This document shows positions 27,190 through 32,000 of a stretch of 32,000 bases of DNA, one piece after another (within the stretch, counting starts at the first letter, position 1; every line of letters starts with the position of its first letter). Below the pieces are notes generated by a model. The model did no database searches. It was not told where the DNA came from and saw only the letters and a program-made list of their open reading frames with translations. A program made the translations under genes and the position numbers. This DNA is from an uncultured Moellerella sp. (GTDB lineage: Bacteria > Pseudomonadota > Gammaproteobacteria > Enterobacterales > Enterobacteriaceae), in the NCBI GenBank assembly GCA_963519845.1, contig CAUQNX010000019.1, positions 22,025-54,024 on the forward strand, given 5' to 3'.

Positions 27190-29796
27190 ATGATCCAGAT
27201 TGACCTTTCAACACTTGTTAGCCGCCTTAATCCACTTGCTAAGCAGGCAATGGAAAATGCCGCTGCACACTGCGTCAATGCGCAGCAACCCGAAATTACC
27301 GCGCCTCTATTTTTACTTCACTTAATCAAAACTCCCTTAAGTGATGCGCATATTATTTGCAGCAAATCCGATATTTCGATACAGGCACTGACTGGCCAGC
27401 TTGATGCCATAGTTCCACCGCACTATGCATCAGGACAAAATACCCCTAGCTTTTCACCTTTATTGGTTGAATGGCTAAAAGATAGTTGGCTGCTTGCATC
27501 GGCTGAAATGCAACATACACAACTGCGATCTGGTACTTTATTACTCGCTTTATTGCAGACGCCTCAGCGTTATTTATCCTACGGCGCAGCAGATTTAATA
27601 TCGCAAATCAACCGCGAGCAGCTTAAGCAGCATTTTAGTGATTGGATATCAGGTTCCGCTGAAATATCAGTGTCAGAGGCAGAAAGTGGTAGCAATATTC
27701 AACAACATGAGCAGCTACTGACAAAATTCACGCAAAATATGACTCAGCAAGCGAAAGCAGGGAAATTAGACCCTGTGCTCTGTCGTGATAAAGAGATCGA
27801 TCTTATGATTGATATTCTTTGCCGCCGCCGTAAAAACAATCCGATAATTGTGGGTGAACCTGGCGTTGGGAAAAGTGCACTTATTGAGGGCCTCGCATTG
27901 CGTATCATAGCCAATGAGGTTCCCGATAAATTAAAACAGAGTGAATTATTGACCTTAGATCTCGGCGCTTTACAAGCAGGTGCGGCAGTAAAAGGGGAAT
28001 TTGAGAAGCGCTTCAAAGGCATTATGCAAGAGATTGAAAAATCTGCCCATCCTATCATTTTATTTATTGATGAAGCCCACACACTTATTGGTGCTGGCAA
28101 TCAGCAGGGCGGATTGGATATTTCAAATTTATTAAAACCAGCACTTGCGCGTGGCGAATTAAAAACAATTGCAGCAACCACATGGAGTGAATATAAAAAG
28201 TATTTTGAAAGAGATGCTGCCCTAGCCCGTCGTTTTCAACTGGTGCATGTCAAGGAGCCCACTGCCGCTGAAGCAACGGTAATAATGCGAGGATTAAGAG
28301 TTATTTATGAATCATCCCACGGTGTTTTTATCGATGATGAAGCCCTATGTGCCTCAGCTGAGTTAAGTGAACGCTACATATCCGGACGTCAATTGCCCGA
28401 TAAAGCGATTGATGTCTTGGATACCGCCTGTGCACGCACTGCAATTAACCTGACTTCACCCCCTAAGCAAGTTGCCGCATTAAAAACTGAATTACATCAG
28501 TTAACTATGGAGATAGAGACTCTAGAGCGTGAGCGACAACTAGGATTCAATGACCATAGTGCGCGTTTAGGTGGGCTTGCTCAACAATCCTCACAACTTC
28601 AGCAGCAATTAGATCAACTGCTTGAGGAGTGGCAGCAGCAAAACGAACTAGTCAAGCAGATGATTGCCTTACGTGCTCAACTACTTGATAATAATTTAGC
28701 CGCAGAGGAGTTACTGCTCGTCAAAGAGAAGTTAGAGACATTAAGCGCTAAACTCAATAGTTTACAAGCCCATACGCGATTAGTTTCTCCTCATGTCGAC
28801 AAATTGCAAATTGCCGCCATCATTGCTGAGTGGACAGGTGTTCCATTAAATCGATTATCTCAAGACGCTCTTTCTATTGTCACTGATTTGCCCTTCCACC
28901 TTGAGCAGAGTATTAAAGGACAAGCATTAGCCATTTCGCACTTGCATAAACATCTATTAACGGCTCGAGCCGATTTACGCCGCCCAGGTCGTCCACTCGG
29001 TGCCTTTCTACTCGCAGGCCCAAGTGGCGTAGGTAAAACTGAAACGGTTATGCAAATTGCACAATTGATGTTTGGTGGTAGTCAATATTTGACCATTATC
29101 AATATGTCAGAATTTCAAGAAAAACACACAGTTTCGCGTTTAATTGGATCACCACCGGGCTATGTGGGATTCGGTGAGGGAGGAGTATTAACAGAAGCTA
29201 TTCGCCAAAAACCTTACTCAGTGGTGCTGCTCGATGAGGTAGAAAAAGCCCATCCTGATGTGCTTAATCTCTTCTATCAAGCTTTTGATAAAGGTGAATT
29301 AGCCGATGGAGAAGGACGTATTATTGATTGTAAAAATATTGCTTTTTTCCTAACTTCCAATTTAGGTGACCAGACTATTGTTGATTACGCGGATAGACCA
29401 GAAGAGTTACAAGAAGCCTTATATCCTGAATTAACAACCTTTTTTAAACCCGCATTACTAGCAAGAATGGAGGTAATTCCTTACCTACCATTGGATCAAG
29501 AGACGCTTAAATCTATCATAGTCGATAAATTGCAACGTTTAGAAAAATTACTTATTCAGCGATTTAATGCCGAAGTTACAATCGAACCTGAGGTTTATAG
29601 TGAAATTTTACTGCGTGCAACTCGCGCAGAAAATGGCGCTCGAATATTGGAATCGATTATAGATGGTGCTTTATTACCTCCCCTATCATTACTCCTACTG
29701 CAACAGAGCGCTAGCGGTAATAAGATCAGCCATATCCACTTAAACGTAAAAGATAATCAATTCAGTGCAAAGGTTGAAACAGACGAAATAGAGTAA
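27190..29796 (+). CDS. tssH: ClpV/TssH-type Clp/Hsp100 double AAA+ ATPase
   Basis: 868 aa with a Clp_N-like N-terminus (..LNPLAKQAMENAAAHCV..). NBD1 has the Walker A GEPGVGKS and Walker B ILFIDEAH. A short coiled-coil middle region follows. NBD2 has the Walker A GPSGVGKT and Walker B VVLLDEVEKAH, and SRLIGSPPGYVGFGEGG is present. An AGGA RBS lies 8 nt upstream. I cannot exclude a ClpB/ClpK-like paralogue without a search. Confidence 0.85.
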   Translation: MIQIDLSTLVSRLNPLAKQAMENAAAHCVNAQQPEITAPLFLLHLIKTPLSDAHIICSKSDISIQALTGQLDAIVPPHYASGQNTPSFSPLLVEWLKDSWLLASAEMQHTQLRSGTLLLALLQTPQRYLSYGAADLISQINREQLKQHFSDWISGSAEISVSEAESGSNIQQHEQLLTKFTQNMTQQAKAGKLDPVLCRDKEIDLMIDILCRRRKNNPIIVGEPGVGKSALIEGLALRIIANEVPDKLKQSELLTLDLGALQAGAAVKGEFEKRFKGIMQEIEKSAHPIILFIDEAHTLIGAGNQQGGLDISNLLKPALARGELKTIAATTWSEYKKYFERDAALARRFQLVHVKEPTAAEATVIMRGLRVIYESSHGVFIDDEALCASAELSERYISGRQLPDKAIDVLDTACARTAINLTSPPKQVAALKTELHQLTMEIETLERERQLGFNDHSARLGGLAQQSSQLQQQLDQLLEEWQQQNELVKQMIALRAQLLDNNLAAEELLLVKEKLETLSAKLNSLQAHTRLVSPHVDKLQIAAIIAEWTGVPLNRLSQDALSIVTDLPFHLEQSIKGQALAISHLHKHLLTARADLRRPGRPLGAFLLAGPSGVGKTETVMQIAQLMFGGSQYLTIINMSEFQEKHTVSRLIGSPPGYVGFGEGGVLTEAIRQKPYSVVLLDEVEKAHPDVLNLFYQAFDKGELADGEGRIIDCKNIAFFLTSNLGDQTIVDYADRPEELQEALYPELTTFFKPALLARMEVIPYLPLDQETLKSIIVDKLQRLEKLLIQRFNAEVTIEPEVYSEILLRATRAENGARILESIIDGALLPPLSLLLLQQSASGNKISHIHLNVKDNQFSAKVETDEIE

Positions 29797-29988
29797 TCGC
29801 ATTATTGACTCTCTTAGGCGAGTATTTTTTATTTTATCGCACAAGAGAGTCAGCATTAAAGAGCACTTTGGTCAATAGACAACACACGACAAATGAATAA
29901 AAAATCACTTTTATAAGATAATTATTTACAATTGGATGAATTTAGGTAATCTACCATCCAAATGAAAATAATATGTTAAAAGGTAAAT

Positions 29989-31152
29989 ATGATGGATCGT
30001 CGTGCATTTTTAAAGACCTCATCTTTGATGATGGGTGGATTAACACTGAGCTCATTAGTTAGTCCATCTCAGGCTGCGCAAGTCTCAGCTAAAGTACTTT
30101 CTCCACTTAGTGCAGAGCACCCACTGCTACTGAATTTTAATGAAAATTCATTAGGTATGTCGCAAAAAGCACAGCAGGCGGTTATCGATGCACTACCTAC
30201 AGCATTTCGTTACCCTGATGATGCGCGTGCTTCACTAATCCAACAAATTGCTGCCCACTTCGCTGTTAATGAACAACAAATCACTTTAGGCAATGGGTCT
30301 TCTGAGACGATCCAAGCCGCAGTTCAGATGCTAGCTGCGCAAGCGGCTAAACAGGGCCAGAAAGTACAATTAGTTGCACCAGACCCAACATTTAACTATG
30401 CGGAGCTCTATGCACAACCACTGGGCGTTGCGATCGAAAAAATTCCACTGACCTCATCACTGGCTTTTGATCTCACGGCAATGAAGCAAAAAGTGGCTAA
30501 TTTTGATGGCCTCTCTATTATCTATATCTGCAATCCTAACAATCCCACGGCGATGATCACCGCAGCGAGTGACTTAGATGAGTGGATTAGCAATGCGCCT
30601 GAAAATCAATTTTTTATCATTGATGAAGCTTATGCCGAATTTGTGACAGATCCTGCATTTATCAGTGCCATTGAACTGGTCAAAAAAGGGCAAAAAAATC
30701 TTATCGTCACCCGTACATTCTCTAAAATTTATGCGCTGGCTGGATTACGTATCGGTTATGGTATTGCTGCTCCTGAAGTTATTGCTACAACGGATAGCTT
30801 CGTCTCAATAGATAATACCAATACTGCTGGCGCTGTGGCCGCGTTAGCTTCAATTAACGATACTGCATTCGTTGAATATAGCCGTAAGACTATAGATGCA
30901 TCACGAGCATTGGTGGTTGCGGCATTAGATGAGCTAGGTTTGCCATGGGCGCCGTCGCAAGCTAACTTTATTTTCCATAAAGTGAATGGTGATGTGAAAA
31001 CCTACCAAGAACGAATGAAGAGCCAACATATTATGGTTGGGCGTGAATTCCCACCCGCGATCGGTTGGAGCCGCTTAACGTTAGGCACGCCAAGTGAAAT
31101 GGCTGAGTTTATAAGGGTATTAAAGCAATTCCGCACTAAAGGTTGGGTTTAA
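29989..31152 (+). CDS. Class I/II (HisC-like) PLP aminotransferase with an N-terminal twin-arginine signal peptide
   Basis: 387 aa. It has the Tat motif MMDRRAFLKTS, an h-region and SQA-AQ cleavage context, then HisC-family landmarks ..NENSLG.., ..LGNGSSE.., ..IYICNPNNPT.., ..IIDEAYAEF.. and the PLP-lysine context ..RTFSKIYALAGLRIGY.. Confidence 0.85.
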   Translation: MMDRRAFLKTSSLMMGGLTLSSLVSPSQAAQVSAKVLSPLSAEHPLLLNFNENSLGMSQKAQQAVIDALPTAFRYPDDARASLIQQIAAHFAVNEQQITLGNGSSETIQAAVQMLAAQAAKQGQKVQLVAPDPTFNYAELYAQPLGVAIEKIPLTSSLAFDLTAMKQKVANFDGLSIIYICNPNNPTAMITAASDLDEWISNAPENQFFIIDEAYAEFVTDPAFISAIELVKKGQKNLIVTRTFSKIYALAGLRIGYGIAAPEVIATTDSFVSIDNTNTAGAVAALASINDTAFVEYSRKTIDASRALVVAALDELGLPWAPSQANFIFHKVNGDVKTYQERMKSQHIMVGREFPPAIGWSRLTLGTPSEMAEFIRVLKQFRTKGWV

Positions 31153-31504
31153 ATCAAAATAGGACATTTGCCAGTTATATTGTAAGTGTCCTATTTCGCA
31201 AATAGATCAAATCCTAATAACATAATATTTTTTCTCAATTCTCTTTTTCTTGATGCCCTATCTTATAACTCATATTAAGATAAATATTTATATTTTGATT
31301 AAATACCTTATATCCACAATAACACCAAGGTAATATTACAAATAATAAGGTTGTTTTTATAAGTACAATTTTACCAATCTTAATTAGAGGATCTTAATTG
31401 GACTTATAGCCAATTTTAGTAAAACGCGATTATTTGGATAATAAATAGCTAATTGAACTCAATCTGGTCAAAATTAGTAAAGGTAAATCTGATATAATTT
31501 TAAT

Positions 31505-31538
31505 AAAAAATAAGCCCCTATAGGTAGGAGCTTATTTT
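31505..31538. terminator. Bidirectional hairpin terminator
   Basis: AATAAGCCCCTA (31509-31520) / TAGGAGCTTATT (31525-31536), a 12-bp stem with one mismatch and a TAGG loop. It is flanked by an A-run on the left and a T-run on the right, about 170 nt downstream of the HTH gene stop on the minus strand. Confidence 0.5.
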
Positions 31539-31706
31539 ATGGTTTCAAGAACCACAGAAGTGATATTGTATCATTATCGAAAAGCACGTAACCAAGAAAT
31601 ACTTCAAAATTGAATGCGATATAGGGTCAATATCATAATTTAAGTATAAATGTTATTCAATTTTCCAAATTACGTGCCATTACGAAACACAGATAAAGAT
31701 TCTTAT

Positions 31707-32000
31707 TTAAAGTATAGAGTATAGCGACTCATTAAAACTATTAGAATCAGTATCGCCTTCGTCTTTCATACTTTCTTTTAGTATATCGTCAAAAAACTCG
31801 CCCATATTAATATCTAATATTTTCAGCACCTTGACTAAGCAATCTATATCTATACGGTTAACACCTCTTTCATAACGAAACAGTTGTTGTTCACTGATAT
31901 CGATCTCTTTTGCCAGCTGAAAAACCGTATAACCATGAGATTTTCTCAAAGACTTAATTTTTTGTCCAACTGCACAAGCGACGGGATATTTCGTATTCAT
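31707..32000 (-). CDS. MrpJ/PapX-like XRE-family HTH regulator
   Basis: 97 aa. ..GQKIKSLRKSHGYTVFQLAKEIDISEQQLFRYERGVNRIDID.. is an XRE HTH, and the SEQQLFRYERG segment resembles the SQQQFSRYERG signature described for Proteus MrpJ paralogues. The ATG sits exactly at the window edge, so the true start could lie outside. Confidence 0.7.
   Translation of the reverse strand: MNTKYPVACAVGQKIKSLRKSHGYTVFQLAKEIDISEQQLFRYERGVNRIDIDCLVKVLKILDINMGEFFDDILKESMKDEGDTDSNSFNESLYSIL

Noticed and set aside
27744-28100. 118-aa minus-strand ORF
   Set aside because: It is antisense to the NBD1 region of the ClpV-like ATPase and is a shadow ORF.
29806-29852. 10-bp inverted repeat TGACTCTCTT / AAGAGAGTCA after the ClpV-like gene, considered as a terminator
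   Set aside because: The 27-nt loop and the lack of a following T-tract make it a poor intrinsic terminator. It may be a protein-binding site or have no function.
31157-31196. AAATAGGACA / TGTCCTATTT inverted repeat after the aminotransferase gene
   Set aside because: The 20-nt loop, and the lack of any U-tract beyond the stem itself, make it at best a weak terminator. It is not listed as a feature.

Overview
This is an AT-rich enterobacterial chromosome segment. It looks Morganellaceae-like (Proteus/Providencia type), inferred from E. coli-like gene order, low GC and an MrpJ-family regulator at the right edge. The left half (1-17.1 kb) is a citrate/tricarboxylate fermentation neighbourhood. 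It holds a partial citA sensor kinase (cut by the window edge and missing from the ORF track), the divergent citCDEFXG-citT operon, a PrpF-family isomerase, a CitMHS citrate transporter, an EamA/DMT transporter and a second DASS anion transporter. A two-gene RNA end-healing/sealing cassette (RNA ligase plus HD-Pnk) interrupts it. After a 1.2 kb AT-rich gene-free stretch come a small membrane-anchored protein, a nitrilase-family hydrolase and a LysR regulator. The most interesting part is 20.8-26.1 kb. It contains a complete, intact type I-E Cascade operon (cas8e-cse2-cas7e-cas5e-cas6e, minus strand) followed directly by a leader and an 8-repeat/7-spacer array. The repeats all differ from one another but keep the 61-nt phasing and the hairpin. 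No cas3, cas1 or cas2 is present anywhere in the window. Where cas3 would normally sit there is 1.1 kb of decayed non-coding DNA and a divergently oriented, orphan ClpV/TssH-type double AAA+ ATPase with no other T6SS genes nearby. The right end carries a Tat-signal HisC-like aminotransferase and an MrpJ/PapX-like HTH regulator. All homology calls come from by-eye comparison with remembered family sequences and motifs; no searches were run.
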